Below, piece by piece: positions 53,931 through 64,000 of a stretch of 64,000 bases of DNA (positions within the stretch are counted from its first letter, which is position 1; each line of letters opens with the position of its first letter). A model generated the notes under the pieces. That model saw nothing but the letters and a program-made list of their open reading frames with translations. It was not told the DNA's origin and made no database searches. This stretch comes from Candidatus Aenigmatarchaeota archaeon (GTDB lineage Archaea; Aenigmatarchaeota; Aenigmatarchaeia; QMZP01; QMZT01). Position numbers and translations under genes: made by a program. The stretch lies in the NCBI GenBank assembly GCA_011772645.1, contig WVZE01000036.1, positions 48,726-112,725 of the forward strand. The letters run 5' to 3'.

Positions 53931-56900
53931 TTAAACCCTTCCTTTAACCACAAGTTTCAGGTAGATCAGGACAGCCAGAACCAGAAGCATACACACTCCA
54001 AACCAGTTCAGGCCAGGGAAGTCCGCGGGCATGAACACCACGATTCTCAGGCTATCGAAATCGTCAAGCATGGGGTCCGCTATGAGGGAATTCGCGTTGA
54101 GGTTAAGGGTGTATCCATCGAGACCGGAAGGGTATATCCTTGCGTAAACCACTCTCTCCTCCTGGGGATTGAGGTCAACAATGAGTGACCGGTTTCCGCT
54201 CTCTATGAACCTCGCATACTCGGAATCCAGTTCCAGATAAACACTGTCGAATCTGGTCTGGATGTTTCGAACTTCTATTCCTATGATGTCCGATCTCCCC
54301 ACCCTTGAGTAGAGCTCCTCCTTCGGGACGAAATTCGCCAGGGGATGGGTGTACATGGTGAAGTGGTAGAAGAACGGTTCGGGAGGGTTCCTCTCATCCT
54401 GAGAGCCGTCTATCGTCTGTGCGTAGGCAAAATAGCTGATCCGCATCTTATTTTTATATCTGCCTGCGGTGAGGTTGACCGAGTAAACCATGTTCTGCGT
54501 GTCCGTTGTGATGCCGCCAGTCAGGGGGTCCGAGCCCGGGGTGTGGTTGTAGTAGGTAAGGCTAATGTTGAGCAATCCCACGCTGGGAGTCCTGTTCGTT
54601 GCGATTATCATAACGATCCTGTCCGCTGATACCTTGCCCTCGTTGGGGATTAAGAATCCGCTGGATAAATCCACGGCGTAGACGTTCGTCAGATCCGGGA
54701 TGAAGATCGTGGTGTTGGTGTCGTAAGTTGTTTTAATTTCCTGGTTGCCAGCGATATCACTCGCAAGCGAACGGAAGTAGAATACGTACTCGTTAACGTT
54801 CGGCACCCCTGCCGCTGCCTGCGCATCAAACCCTGTCTCAGTTTCCAGAGTGCAGCTCTCCCCGTTAACCAAAAGGTCTGTCCAGTCCGTAAGTGTAAGA
54901 GTGTCGTTGTATTTGTATTGTATTGTGTAACAATACAAACCGCTCTCGTTGTCACCTCCTGTCCATGATATGTTGAACCTTGTCTCGGTCACGAATCCCG
55001 GCAGGGGGAGGACGTTAGAATAGGGCGGCTCGTCATCAATGCCCACGTTATTCACTGCCAAGCTGTTTTCGTTTCCTATCGTGTCGTTCGCCTTCACCCT
55101 GAAGGTGTATAAGCCGTCCTTCACGGAATTCACGCTAAACAGGGATGTCCAGGTTGAGTCCTGCCTGCTCATTGGAACCCACTGACCGGAACCTGTTGAG
55201 TTCTCCCACCTGTAGACAACTTCTGAAACCCCTGATCCCTGGTCCGTTACGGTTGCGTTAACCGTGAAGTCCGAGTTGTACCATGTATTTGGAGTGGGGA
55301 TATGAACGGTGACGTCCGGGGGAACCACATCGATAACGATGTCGACCGTTACCTCGCTTTCGTGACCCAGCGTGTCGTTCGCTTTGACCCTTACCGTGTA
55401 ATTCCCGTCAGCCAGTCCTGTTATGTCAAAATTCGCTGTAAAGAAATCCGTCCCTCCCCCTCTTGACATGGAAACCCAAGATCCCGTTCCTGTTGAGTTC
55501 TCCCACCTGTAAGCCACGGACTCCACGTTCGACCATGCATCCGTTACGGTTGCGTTTACCAGGAAGTCTGACTTGTGAAGGCTGTTCGGGAGCGGGGAGT
55601 TTATCGTTATAACTGGAGGGGTCCTGTCAACCGTGAAAGTCTGGTTGGTTCCGTCAAACCTCAGTTCCCACCCCCCGTTAGCCAGGAAATCCGACCAGAG
55701 CCCGCAGTAGTCCAGCGTCCAAACGCCTTCCGGGTCTGTTGCCTGTATGGTGTAGGAGAAAACCAGATTTCCAGACCCCCAGTTGTTGAAAAAGATAACA
55801 TTCCCGTTTGATTTAAACAGCATGCATTCTGTAAGTATGGTGAAGGCTAAGGGCGTGTTTGAGATCCCGCTAATCGTTATCTGGAAAGCTTCGTTCTCAT
55901 CATAATAACCGGATGGGGATGTGTAAGAACTCCAGTCCCCTGTCACCTGCATTGAACTCCCTCCGAGTGTGCAGGAATTATAGCTGTTGGAACACACTTG
56001 TTGCGGACCGCACTTGTAGGAGCCCGTTCTCCCGCAGTTCGAATTTTCCCATCTCCTTTCTTCACCGGGTCCCAGGGAAGGGGCCGAACAATCCAGGAGG
56101 CATCCACCGTCCGGGTAACAGTTCCCCTCAGGGCCATCGCACACGCCGGTAATTACGAGGCATGTTTGTCCGCACTGCCTGTTCAGGCACGCATCCGTTT
56201 TCAGGATGAAGACGTTGCTTTGTTTGACCGCTTCCTGGTTGCCCGCGTTGTCCGTGGAGTAAAAACATACCCTTTTGTAGCAGGTCTGTCCGAACGGGCA
56301 GGTCACGTCCCCTGAACTCCCCTGTGTGAATCCGGTGGATCCGCATGCCTGGCCGTCATCTATTATCTTGTAATAGGAATTGTCGCAGCCCGATCCTCCA
56401 GTGTCCGTGCATGTTAAAGTAAAGCTGGTTTCGTTGCTTCCCGTGAAGTTCCCTCCGTTCGGGTTTATGTTGGTGACCGGAGGGGTTGTGTCCTCCCAAA
56501 CCCCGTTAACGCAAGAGGCCCCTGTCACGGTCGGGTGGTTCGCTCCGTTGTTGTAGCATACGTCATTCAGAACGCAGTCGCTCGTCTGATCGCAGCAGGA
56601 GTCATCGCCCGAACTTGAACTGCAGGCGTATCCGTCGCACTGCCTTGTTCGAACGTATTCGTTCGAATCATCACCGCAGCAGTTCGCTATACCTCCTATG
56701 TTGTATCTCCCGCCTCCGAGACATGCCCCGCATGTGTTCGGGTTTGTGTCGGGATCGTAGGTTTTCTGTGTGCAGGTATCAAGCCCCGGACAAGAGTCTG
56801 CTGAATCATCAGCGTAGTATTCCCTGAACATGCAGCCAGCTCCTCCGGGGCACGCATTCGAATCCATGCAGCCCTCTGTCCCGCTGGAGCCGGGGGTCGT

Positions 56901-58502
56901 TGAAAAGCGATCGGATGGACAGCCCGCTCCTGTCCCGCCCGTACAAACACCCGTGGTTGCCGGATCGTCGTTCGTGTCGTTCCCTGTTGCGACAACCTCG
57001 ATATCCGGGCAGGTGTAGGTTCTCGAGGGGCAGGAAGCGCCGCTCGCGTAGTATTCTGTGAGCTGAGTTGTGGACGTGCAAACATCGTCGTATGCTGATG
57101 AGGTGCAAGACCCGGCGGAACAGCCCGTGTAATCCGTGCACGTTCCCGCCGTGAGGGGGACGTCTCCCCCGTCCGAATCAACAGAGGCCTTGGTCAGGCA
57201 ATCTTCAACCAAGGACCACGAGCCGGCAGAACATGAGCCAACCGCATTCGAATTCCAGGGGGAACAGTAATTGCCCTGGGAATAGCAGGTTCCCGAATAA
57301 ACGCAATCACTCGCTTGGTTACAACATGTGTCATCGCTCGGGCTCGAACTACAGCCTGACGTGCATGTTCTTGAATTGTACGCTTCGCCGCCATCATCAC
57401 CGCAGCAGTTGGTCAGGCACAGTTCTCCTGTGCAGTCCCCGCTGCCGCCAGCATTCCATTCCTGATTGCATCCCTCGCAGTATGTTTGATCGTTATCAGG
57501 ATCCCTGTTGGCATCTAAAACACAGCTTGCTCCAGGAGAGGGGTTTGAAGTGCAGCACCAGTTGTCATCATCGCAGTCAGTGGAGCCGCTGCAGGCATAA
57601 GTCTGATAAACGCAGGAATCCGGCCCGGTTCCGCACGTACCGGAACAAACATCATAATCACTACACATCGTCCATGCCCCGGCATCCCTCTGGCAGGCGC
57701 ATCTCGGATTGCTCGCGCTCGAGCCACAGGTTCCGTCATTCACGCAGGTGCAGTCATATCTCTGTCTCATGTTCCCCCTGCAGTAATACCCATCGCCACT
57801 ATCGCAATCAGTTGTTGTTGATGATGCGATTTTGCATGCACCTTCATCACAGTGATAATCCGTAGTCTGCACGTCTTTTGACATACCTGATCCCACGCAG
57901 GTAGCGGTATCATCGTTATCGCAGTTATAGTAACGATCTTCGCATAATGTCCCATCTGTTTTGTATTCCTGTAATCTCTGTGGCTGAGTAGCGGTACCGT
58001 CGCATCTATCACGATATGTCTCTGATGTGCAAACAGCCGAAACGTCGTCACAATCATCATAATCGTCACAATATTGTGGTGTGTAGGGGTTGAAAGTTGA
58101 AGTTCCTCCAGAAGCTATTGACAAACAGTCCTGCGAAGAGTAACTGCATGAGCAAGCTGCTCCGCACGTCCCGCCGTAGTATCTGACCTCACTTGCACTG
58201 CAATAATCGACGCAGTCGGCATTGGTTTCGCATTCAGCATCGCAATAAGTTACGCTGCAGTCACACCCCAAGAACGTGCAGGTTCCGATGGGATCAGCAA
58301 ATTCGCAGGTACTGGCAGTGCAATAATAAACACCAAGACAGCAGTTTTGACAGTCAGGGTCATACATGCACGAACCCGGACAATCGGCTGCCTGAGGTTG
58401 GACGTTTTGCATGGTAACAAACAATGAAAGAATGATCACGAGAGGTAGAAATATTGTGGTTTTGTGTAGACTTAGTTTTGAATAGAAACTCTTCACCCTC
58501 AT
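53931..58502 (-). CDS. Large (1523 aa) paralogous Cys-rich/Ig-like surface protein
   Basis: Signal peptide; shared core domain; PADFPGL-TM-basic. Confidence 0.88.
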   Translation of the reverse strand: MRVKSFYSKLSLHKTTIFLPLVIILSLFVTMQNVQPQAADCPGSCMYDPDCQNCCLGVYYCTASTCEFADPIGTCTFLGCDCSVTYCDAECETNADCVDYCSASEVRYYGGTCGAACSCSYSSQDCLSIASGGTSTFNPYTPQYCDDYDDCDDVSAVCTSETYRDRCDGTATQPQRLQEYKTDGTLCEDRYYNCDNDDTATCVGSGMSKDVQTTDYHCDEGACKIASSTTTDCDSGDGYYCRGNMRQRYDCTCVNDGTCGSSASNPRCACQRDAGAWTMCSDYDVCSGTCGTGPDSCVYQTYACSGSTDCDDDNWCCTSNPSPGASCVLDANRDPDNDQTYCEGCNQEWNAGGSGDCTGELCLTNCCGDDGGEAYNSRTCTSGCSSSPSDDTCCNQASDCVYSGTCYSQGNYCSPWNSNAVGSCSAGSWSLVEDCLTKASVDSDGGDVPLTAGTCTDYTGCSAGSCTSSAYDDVCTSTTQLTEYYASGASCPSRTYTCPDIEVVATGNDTNDDPATTGVCTGGTGAGCPSDRFSTTPGSSGTEGCMDSNACPGGAGCMFREYYADDSADSCPGLDTCTQKTYDPDTNPNTCGACLGGGRYNIGGIANCCGDDSNEYVRTRQCDGYACSSSSGDDSCCDQTSDCVLNDVCYNNGANHPTVTGASCVNGVWEDTTPPVTNINPNGGNFTGSNETSFTLTCTDTGGSGCDNSYYKIIDDGQACGSTGFTQGSSGDVTCPFGQTCYKRVCFYSTDNAGNQEAVKQSNVFILKTDACLNRQCGQTCLVITGVCDGPEGNCYPDGGCLLDCSAPSLGPGEERRWENSNCGRTGSYKCGPQQVCSNSYNSCTLGGSSMQVTGDWSSYTSPSGYYDENEAFQITISGISNTPLAFTILTECMLFKSNGNVIFFNNWGSGNLVFSYTIQATDPEGVWTLDYCGLWSDFLANGGWELRFDGTNQTFTVDRTPPVITINSPLPNSLHKSDFLVNATVTDAWSNVESVAYRWENSTGTGSWVSMSRGGGTDFFTANFDITGLADGNYTVRVKANDTLGHESEVTVDIVIDVVPPDVTVHIPTPNTWYNSDFTVNATVTDQGSGVSEVVYRWENSTGSGQWVPMSRQDSTWTSLFSVNSVKDGLYTFRVKANDTIGNENSLAVNNVGIDDEPPYSNVLPLPGFVTETRFNISWTGGDNESGLYCYTIQYKYNDTLTLTDWTDLLVNGESCTLETETGFDAQAAAGVPNVNEYVFYFRSLASDIAGNQEIKTTYDTNTTIFIPDLTNVYAVDLSSGFLIPNEGKVSADRIVMIIATNRTPSVGLLNISLTYYNHTPGSDPLTGGITTDTQNMVYSVNLTAGRYKNKMRISYFAYAQTIDGSQDERNPPEPFFYHFTMYTHPLANFVPKEELYSRVGRSDIIGIEVRNIQTRFDSVYLELDSEYARFIESGNRSLIVDLNPQEERVVYARIYPSGLDGYTLNLNANSLIADPMLDDFDSLRIVVFMPADFPGLNWFGVCMLLVLAVLIYLKLVVKGRV

Positions 58503-58567
58503 CTGTTAAATAGTTGTCAAGCCTGATTAATAAATTCAACTTTTTTAATTATTAAAAACAATCAGGC

Positions 58568-59965
58568 CTAACGGGTTCTCCTTCTTATGGATGTGAATAT
58601 CGAATAGAAAAACACGAAGAAGGGAAGGATCTCGAGTCTCCCCAGCAACATGCAGACCATGAGAACGGATTTTCCGAGAGGGTTCATTCCCGCGATGTCA
58701 ATCGTTGTCAATCCGACTGTCCCCTCCGCAGAGGCGGAGACAAAGAACGAATCTATTGGGGTGTAGCCCATGAAGCTAAGAACGAGAGTCGAAACAACGA
58801 GGATCAGTATGTATATGAAGGAGAATATCGAGATTATGGTTAAATCCTCCTCCCTTATCACCTTTCTTCCCAGCTTGAAGGGAATGACAGCAGAGGAGGG
58901 ATAGGAAATCTTCCTGCTCAGCCAGGAGACCGCTTTCCCGAGGATCCCGACCCTGACGAGTTTCAGCCCGCCTGCGGTCGATCCCGCGAACCCTCCCACT
59001 ATCATGAGTATGGGAAGCAATATCTTGGAGAGCTCTGGGTAGGTGGAAACCAGGGTGAAACCGCTCCCTGTCAGGGCTGAGAACGTCTGGAAAATCCCTA
59101 TCCTGAAGGGCTCGGGGCTCAGGATGAAGGAGATGGAGACCAGTATCGAGAAGATCAATATTATCACCCAGAACAAACGGACCTCGCTGTTCCTCAGGTA
59201 TTCGATGAACTTCCTCTTGAAGAGCTTATCGTGAATGAAGAAGGAGGTCGCTCCGAGAACCATCATCAAAATCATAACAGTTTCTATTAACGGGTTGCCG
59301 TAGGCTCCGATGGACTCGTTCTTGACAGAGAATCCTCCGGTAGCGATGGAGGTGAACGTGTGATTGAAAGAATCGAACAGGGGCATGCCCGCGAGCGCGA
59401 AGAGCAGGATCCCCACAGCGGTGTAGATCCCGTAGATTATGAATATCCTCTTCACGGTGGAGTAAACGCCGGCCTCTATCCTCTGTGGATGTCCTTCTGC
59501 CTTGTATATGTAATAGGAAGACATCCCCGGGGAGGACAGCAGCAAAAGGAAGATAACGAGTATCCCCACCCCTCCAATCCACTGGGTGAGCGACCGCCAG
59601 AAAAGAACCGAGTGAGGAAGGCTCTCCGGGTTCACGGTGGTGAGGCCTGTGGTTGTGAAGCCCGAAACTGATTCGAAGAGGGAATCCATCGGACTCAGAT
59701 GGTCGAGGTATGGGATCGCTCCAAAGAGGGAAACCACGATGAAGGTCAGGCTCGCCAGAACCATTGCGGAGCTGAGATCCAGGGGTTCCCTTTCGAATTT
59801 TTTGTAAAGGACTACGCCCACCGCGAAAGAGATCACCGCTCCCAGGAGGAAGGGGATGTAAACGTCCTCGGCAAAAACCAGGCTCACTGCAAGAGGGAAA
59901 AGCATCAGTATCGCTAATATACCCAACAACAGGCCGAGGTACGAAAGAACTGACTTGAAATTCAT
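58568..59965 (-). CDS. trkH: Trk-type potassium uptake membrane protein
   Basis: FESVSGFTTTG, WRSLTQWIGGVG, ATGGFS, GSTAGGLK, MLLGRLEI. Confidence 0.95.
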   Translation of the reverse strand: MNFKSVLSYLGLLLGILAILMLFPLAVSLVFAEDVYIPFLLGAVISFAVGVVLYKKFEREPLDLSSAMVLASLTFIVVSLFGAIPYLDHLSPMDSLFESVSGFTTTGLTTVNPESLPHSVLFWRSLTQWIGGVGILVIFLLLLSSPGMSSYYIYKAEGHPQRIEAGVYSTVKRIFIIYGIYTAVGILLFALAGMPLFDSFNHTFTSIATGGFSVKNESIGAYGNPLIETVMILMMVLGATSFFIHDKLFKRKFIEYLRNSEVRLFWVIILIFSILVSISFILSPEPFRIGIFQTFSALTGSGFTLVSTYPELSKILLPILMIVGGFAGSTAGGLKLVRVGILGKAVSWLSRKISYPSSAVIPFKLGRKVIREEDLTIISIFSFIYILILVVSTLVLSFMGYTPIDSFFVSASAEGTVGLTTIDIAGMNPLGKSVLMVCMLLGRLEILPFFVFFYSIFTSIRRRTR

Positions 59966-60031
59966 AATTTATAATGTAATTAGTGCAATAATAAATTGAA
60001 GCGAAGCCGTAATTTTGGAAGGGTAATTCAC

Positions 60032-61567
60032 ATGAAGGGGTTTATGCACGTGGTTGAGGTTCTACTGGTTATCATGCTTGTCTTCCTGGTGTTTGTCCAG
60101 TTCTCATCGATACCGAGAATTTCGACTGAGTGGTCTGATGTGAAGATCAAGCTCGCGGGAAGCGACATGATCTCCTCCCTTGAACTCCAAGGGGTTGACT
60201 GGTTCAACGAGAGCGAGGTCAGGGACAAATTCAACAAAACCCTCCCTCTAAACATCATCTACAACCTGAGGTTGGAGAACATCATGAAGCCCAAAATAAC
60301 GGTGGGTTGCTTCTGTGACGAAGATGAATTTGATGAGCTTGTATCTATCCTCTCTCCCGGATGGTTCCTTATAAATGAGGAGAACGTTACCTTCGAGATG
60401 GTAAAGGTCGGGAACATCAGTGAGATATTCAATCTTGATTTTGATGTCTCATTTTTCCCCGAATACATCAACCTCGAATCGCAGGAAACGCCGCTGAGAA
60501 ATTTCCTGAGATACGACAAGGGTATAGTGGAGATGTTTGATTTCGAGAATACGGATTACATCCAGGAGAATCTGTTCGGTCTGAGGTTCAGCACGCTGAC
60601 ATCGAATTCGAACCCGATCCCCTTCTCCGGGGAGAGCAAGGCGGTGGACAACGAGGTTTACACCATAAAAAAATACTTCCACCACATCCCGATATTCCAG
60701 GAGAGTTTTGAAAACCTGGATCAGTGGAGGACGAACTCTGGGAACCCGGTGATAGTTGAATTCGGCGATGGAAACTCTGTTAAACTCCAGGGAACGGACT
60801 GCGGAACGACCAACACCTGGATCTATACGAATTACAACCAGTTCTATGAGGGGGAGATAGACCTGGACGTATACATAGAGGACGGGATTTTCTACCTGAA
60901 CTTCAGGCTGAACCCCGCGACCAGCGAATCCTATCTCGCCTCCTTCAGCACGAACTCCTCCATGGGGTACGATTCCTTCTACAGGCAAACGGGTTCTGGA
61001 ATTAACCCGATAGGCCAAAACACAAACCACCTGACCTCAGGAAATGAGTGGCACCACATGAAAATACGCGTGGACGGGAGCAGCTTTGAGCTGTACAACG
61101 ACGGGGAACTGGTCGCTGACGTTCCCTCGGACAACACCTACAACTCTCCCGGGTCCATAGGGATGTTCCATCAATGTGGGGAGGTTTACGCGGACAACGT
61201 GAGAACGACTTTCAAGAGAGACCACGGGTTCCAGGACTTCCTGAGTTCGAGTGAAAACGTCACGCAGCTTAACGATGATCAGGAAAAAATACTCTTGGTG
61301 CAGGACAGCGGTGTCTCCGCCTCTGCGATAAACTACCACGTACAGAATGGGAAGGGGAGAACAGCCTGGCTTTCGGGCGGGGGGGATACGGATACAGAGG
61401 AGCAAAAAATCCTGATAAAATCCCTGATCGTGTGGGCAGCAGGGGATACGCATGACGTTCTGAGAGGGGAAATCAGCAGGCCTGTTCTGATCCCCTTCTA
61501 CAAAACCTACAGCAAGGACATGCTGCAGGAGGTAAGGATCGTTCTCAGCATGGGTTACCTGTACTAA
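60032..61567 (+). CDS. Class III signal peptide protein with an inserted ConA/LamG-like domain
   Basis: MKGFMHVVE plus TM; NEWHHMKIRVDG..LYNDG...GSIG....ADNV. Confidence 0.75.
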   Translation: MKGFMHVVEVLLVIMLVFLVFVQFSSIPRISTEWSDVKIKLAGSDMISSLELQGVDWFNESEVRDKFNKTLPLNIIYNLRLENIMKPKITVGCFCDEDEFDELVSILSPGWFLINEENVTFEMVKVGNISEIFNLDFDVSFFPEYINLESQETPLRNFLRYDKGIVEMFDFENTDYIQENLFGLRFSTLTSNSNPIPFSGESKAVDNEVYTIKKYFHHIPIFQESFENLDQWRTNSGNPVIVEFGDGNSVKLQGTDCGTTNTWIYTNYNQFYEGEIDLDVYIEDGIFYLNFRLNPATSESYLASFSTNSSMGYDSFYRQTGSGINPIGQNTNHLTSGNEWHHMKIRVDGSSFELYNDGELVADVPSDNTYNSPGSIGMFHQCGEVYADNVRTTFKRDHGFQDFLSSSENVTQLNDDQEKILLVQDSGVSASAINYHVQNGKGRTAWLSGGGDTDTEEQKILIKSLIVWAAGDTHDVLRGEISRPVLIPFYKTYSKDMLQEVRIVLSMGYLY

Positions 61568-61602
61568 CCTTTTATTATAATCTTTTCTAAATTAATTTAA
61601 TT

Positions 61603-61893
61603 ATGAGAACGGAAAACGAGGAAGTGACCAGGGTCAGAACTCCCAGAGAAAACGAGATTCTAGGGATAGTTGAAGATATGCTCGGAGGGGGAAGGTTCCG
61701 GGTGAACTGCACTGATAAAAGGACCAGGATATGCAGGGTTTCCGGCAAGTTCAAGAGAAGGCAGTGGATAAGACCGGGGGATGTCGTGCTCGTAAAACCC
61801 TGGGAAGTCCAGGGCGATGAGAGGGGGGACGTGGTCTGGAAATACAGGAGAGCGCAGATAGATTGGCTGAAGAAAAAGGGATACCTAGAGTAA
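61603..61893 (+). CDS. eif1a: Translation initiation factor 1A
   Basis: RVRTP..EILGIVE.MLG..RV.C.D..R.CRV.GK..WIR.GD.VLV.PW. Confidence 0.96.
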   Translation: MRTENEEVTRVRTPRENEILGIVEDMLGGGRFRVNCTDKRTRICRVSGKFKRRQWIRPGDVVLVKPWEVQGDERGDVVWKYRRAQIDWLKKKGYLE

Positions 61894-61937
61894 TGTTTTT
61901 AAGTTTATGCCACCTTTATTATTAAGATTGAATTGGT

Positions 61938-62414
61938 ATGAATGATTTTATAAAAATCCCTGAACAGAGAAAGGGCGTGTTGATAGGGAAGGAAGGTTCT
62001 GTAAAGAAGGAACTGGAGAAGCTGACGAAAACGAAAATAGAGGTAAACGAGGATATCTCAATAGAGGGGGAATCGCTGAACGTTATCAAGGCGAAGGACA
62101 TAATAAAGGCGATCGGGAGGGGGTTTTCCCCTGAGAAGGCGTTTAAACTAATGAATGAGGAATGCCAACTGGTCGTCATAAGTTTGGGGAGCGAAACAGA
62201 GAAAACGATCAAGAGGTTGATGTCAAGGGTCATAGGAAGGAATGGTTTGTCCAAGAGGAGGATAGAGATGCGGACTGGAACGGACATATCGATCTACGGA
62301 AAAACCATCTCGATCATAGGCAACTGGAAGGACGTGGAGAAGGCGGAAAAGGCGGTGGAGATGATCCTGGAGGGGAGGCCGCATTCCTACGTCTATAAAT
62401 TCCTGGAGAGTTGA
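61938..62414 (+). CDS. KH-domain RNA-processing protein (Dim2/Pno1-Krr1 family)
   Basis: GVLIGKEG, AIGRGFSPEKA, RVIGRNG, G.PHS.VY. Confidence 0.93.
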   Translation: MNDFIKIPEQRKGVLIGKEGSVKKELEKLTKTKIEVNEDISIEGESLNVIKAKDIIKAIGRGFSPEKAFKLMNEECQLVVISLGSETEKTIKRLMSRVIGRNGLSKRRIEMRTGTDISIYGKTISIIGNWKDVEKAEKAVEMILEGRPHSYVYKFLES

Positions 62415-62415
62415 T

Positions 62416-64000
62416 ATGGAGAGAAAGGCTGAGGATTTCGCGAGGCAGCAGAGGGAGATTTCGATATCCGAATTTTTCGAGAAAAACCGGCATCTTCTCG
62501 GGTATGACAACAAGGTGAAGGCGCTCCTGATGATCGTTAAAGAAGGGGTGGACAACGCCCTGGACGCGACAGAGGAGGCGGGGATACTTCCGGATATCTA
62601 CATCAGGGTAAAGGAAGTGAAGAATGAAAGATACGAAATAATTATAAAGGACAACGGGCCCGGGATCGTAAAAAAGCAGATCCCGAGAATTTTCGGAAAA
62701 CTGCTTTACGGCTCGAAGTTTCACCGCCTGAAACAGAACAGGGGGCAGCAGGGGATAGGGATTTCAGCCGCCACACTGTATACACAGTTAACGACAGGGG
62801 AACCCCTTGAAATCGTGAGCTCAACGGGTGACGGGAAAACCCACAAGTACAGGATAAAGATAAACGTCCGGAGGAATGAGCCCCTGATAATCGATAGCGG
62901 AATCGAGGAGGGGGTTGACTGGAGGGGTGTTCAGTTGAGGTTCCTTACAGAAGGCTTGTACAGGGAATACAAGCAATCGATTCTGGAGTACCTGAAACAG
63001 ACCGCGATCTCGAACCCGCACGCTAGAATAGTTTTTGATTCGCCCAACGGAAGGACGGAATTCAGGAGGGGGGTTGAATCCCTCCCGAAAGAACCGAAAG
63101 AGATCAGACCGCATCTCCACGGGGTTGAGCTTGGGATCTTAACAAGGATGCTCAGGGAGACAAAGGCGAGAACGCTCCTCAGTTTCCTGACAGGTGAATT
63201 CACCAAGGTCGGTAGGAAGACCGCGAAGGAGATATGCTCCAAGGCAGAGATGGAGGAAAACAAAAAGCCGAAGAGTGTAAAGGATGAGGACGCCCGAAAA
63301 CTTCTGGAGGTCATAAAGGACGTGAAGCTCCTGAAACCCCCGACCGATTGCCTGTCTCCCCTGGGGAACGAGGTGGTCAAGGAGGGCCTTCGAAAGGAGT
63401 TGAACCCCGAATGGGTGGAGTCCATCACGAGACCCCCGGAGGTGTACAGGGGGTGGCCTTTCCAGGTGGAATGCGGTCTGGCGTACGGGGGATCGATTCA
63501 GGAACCAAAATTCATGAGATTCGCGAACAGGGTTCCCCTCCTCTACCAGCAGGGGGACTGCGCGATAACGAAATCGGTCACCGGGATCGACTGGAGAAGG
63601 TATAAAATTAACGGGAAGAGAATTCCTGAGGAACCGCTGGCGATATTCGTTCATCTGGTTTCCGTGTGGGTCCCCTTCACATCCGAATCCAAGGAGGCGA
63701 TCGCTTCCTATCCCGTGATAATAAAGGAGATCAAGCTCGCGATCCAGGAGTGCGCCCGTAAGCTGGGGTTATACCTCTCAGGAAAGAGGAAGCACGAATA
63801 CCACCAGCATCGCATACGCACGTTCGAGAGGTATGCGGAGGAAACCATAAAGGCTTTATCCGAATTATCCGAAGAGGACAGGGAAAGGGTGAAAAGAGAG
63901 TTTCTCGAACTCATAAATTCGAATAACAATAAAATTACGGAGGAGGAGAATGGAGGAGCAAAAGAAGCTGAAAAACCTGGGGAAGAACGTGATGGACCAG
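62416..64000 (+). CDS. top6B: DNA topoisomerase VI subunit B (runs off window)
   Basis: Manual translation: ISISEFFEKNRHLLGY, KEGVDNALDA, DNGPGI, LYGSKF..QNRGQQGIG, RFANRVPLLY, VPFTSESKEAIA. Confidence 0.96.
   Translation, partial: MERKAEDFARQQREISISEFFEKNRHLLGYDNKVKALLMIVKEGVDNALDATEEAGILPDIYIRVKEVKNERYEIIIKDNGPGIVKKQIPRIFGKLLYGSKFHRLKQNRGQQGIGISAATLYTQLTTGEPLEIVSSTGDGKTHKYRIKINVRRNEPLIIDSGIEEGVDWRGVQLRFLTEGLYREYKQSILEYLKQTAISNPHARIVFDSPNGRTEFRRGVESLPKEPKEIRPHLHGVELGILTRMLRETKARTLLSFLTGEFTKVGRKTAKEICSKAEMEENKKPKSVKDEDARKLLEVIKDVKLLKPPTDCLSPLGNEVVKEGLRKELNPEWVESITRPPEVYRGWPFQVECGLAYGGSIQEPKFMRFANRVPLLYQQGDCAITKSVTGIDWRRYKINGKRIPEEPLAIFVHLVSVWVPFTSESKEAIASYPVIIKEIKLAIQECARKLGLYLSGKRKHEYHQHRIRTFERYAEETIKALSELSEEDRERVKREFLELINSNNNKITEEENGGAKEAEKPGEERDGP
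63950..64000 (+). CDS. Possible 5' start of topoisomerase VI subunit A overlapping top6B
   Basis: GGAGG-rich SD then ATG MEEQKKLKNLGKNVMDQ; expected gene order. Confidence 0.4.
   Translation, partial: MEEQKKLKNLGKNVMDQ

Noticed and set aside
42359-58417. Numerous 60-210 aa ORFs on the opposite strand or in other frames of the giant genes
   Set aside because: Shadow ORFs produced by repetitive, Cys/Gly/Ser-biased coding sequence; they repeat with the modules and carry no motifs.
42247-58502. Diversity-generating retroelement template/variable repeats
   Set aside because: No reverse transcriptase in the window; the repeats are in-frame coding modules and the differences are not evidently adenine-specific.

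Overview
Archaeal chromosomal segment. Gene content (rps15, rpoE1/spt4, rps24e/rps27ae, rpl44e-rps27e-eIF2a, SRP54, PINA, hisS, eIF1A, top6B), compact spacing, class III signal-peptide pilins and large Cys-rich surface proteins suggest a DPANN lineage, possibly Aenigmarchaeota-like (inference). It contains three tRNA genes: Arg-GCG with two non-canonical introns, Trp-CCA with a C/D-guide intron, and His-GTG. The most notable structures are five. (1) A tyrosine-recombinase element splits a small gene inside the rpl44e-rps27e operon; each of its two cargo genes is followed by a 61-bp TATA-headed repeat whose 11-nt variable core, in the terminal copy, matches the left insertion flank. (2) An unannotated AbrB-family ORF with no standard start codon reads in frame straight through tRNA-His and is coupled to a nucleotidyltransferase gene upstream of hisS. 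(3) A free-standing LAGLIDADG gene is inserted into yjbQ and supplies a recoded replacement 3' end. (4) Two homologous 38-nt introns lie in one tRNA. (5) A 16-kb trio of giant mosaic surface-protein genes shares near-identical DNA modules. All calls come from reading the sequence; no database searches were run.
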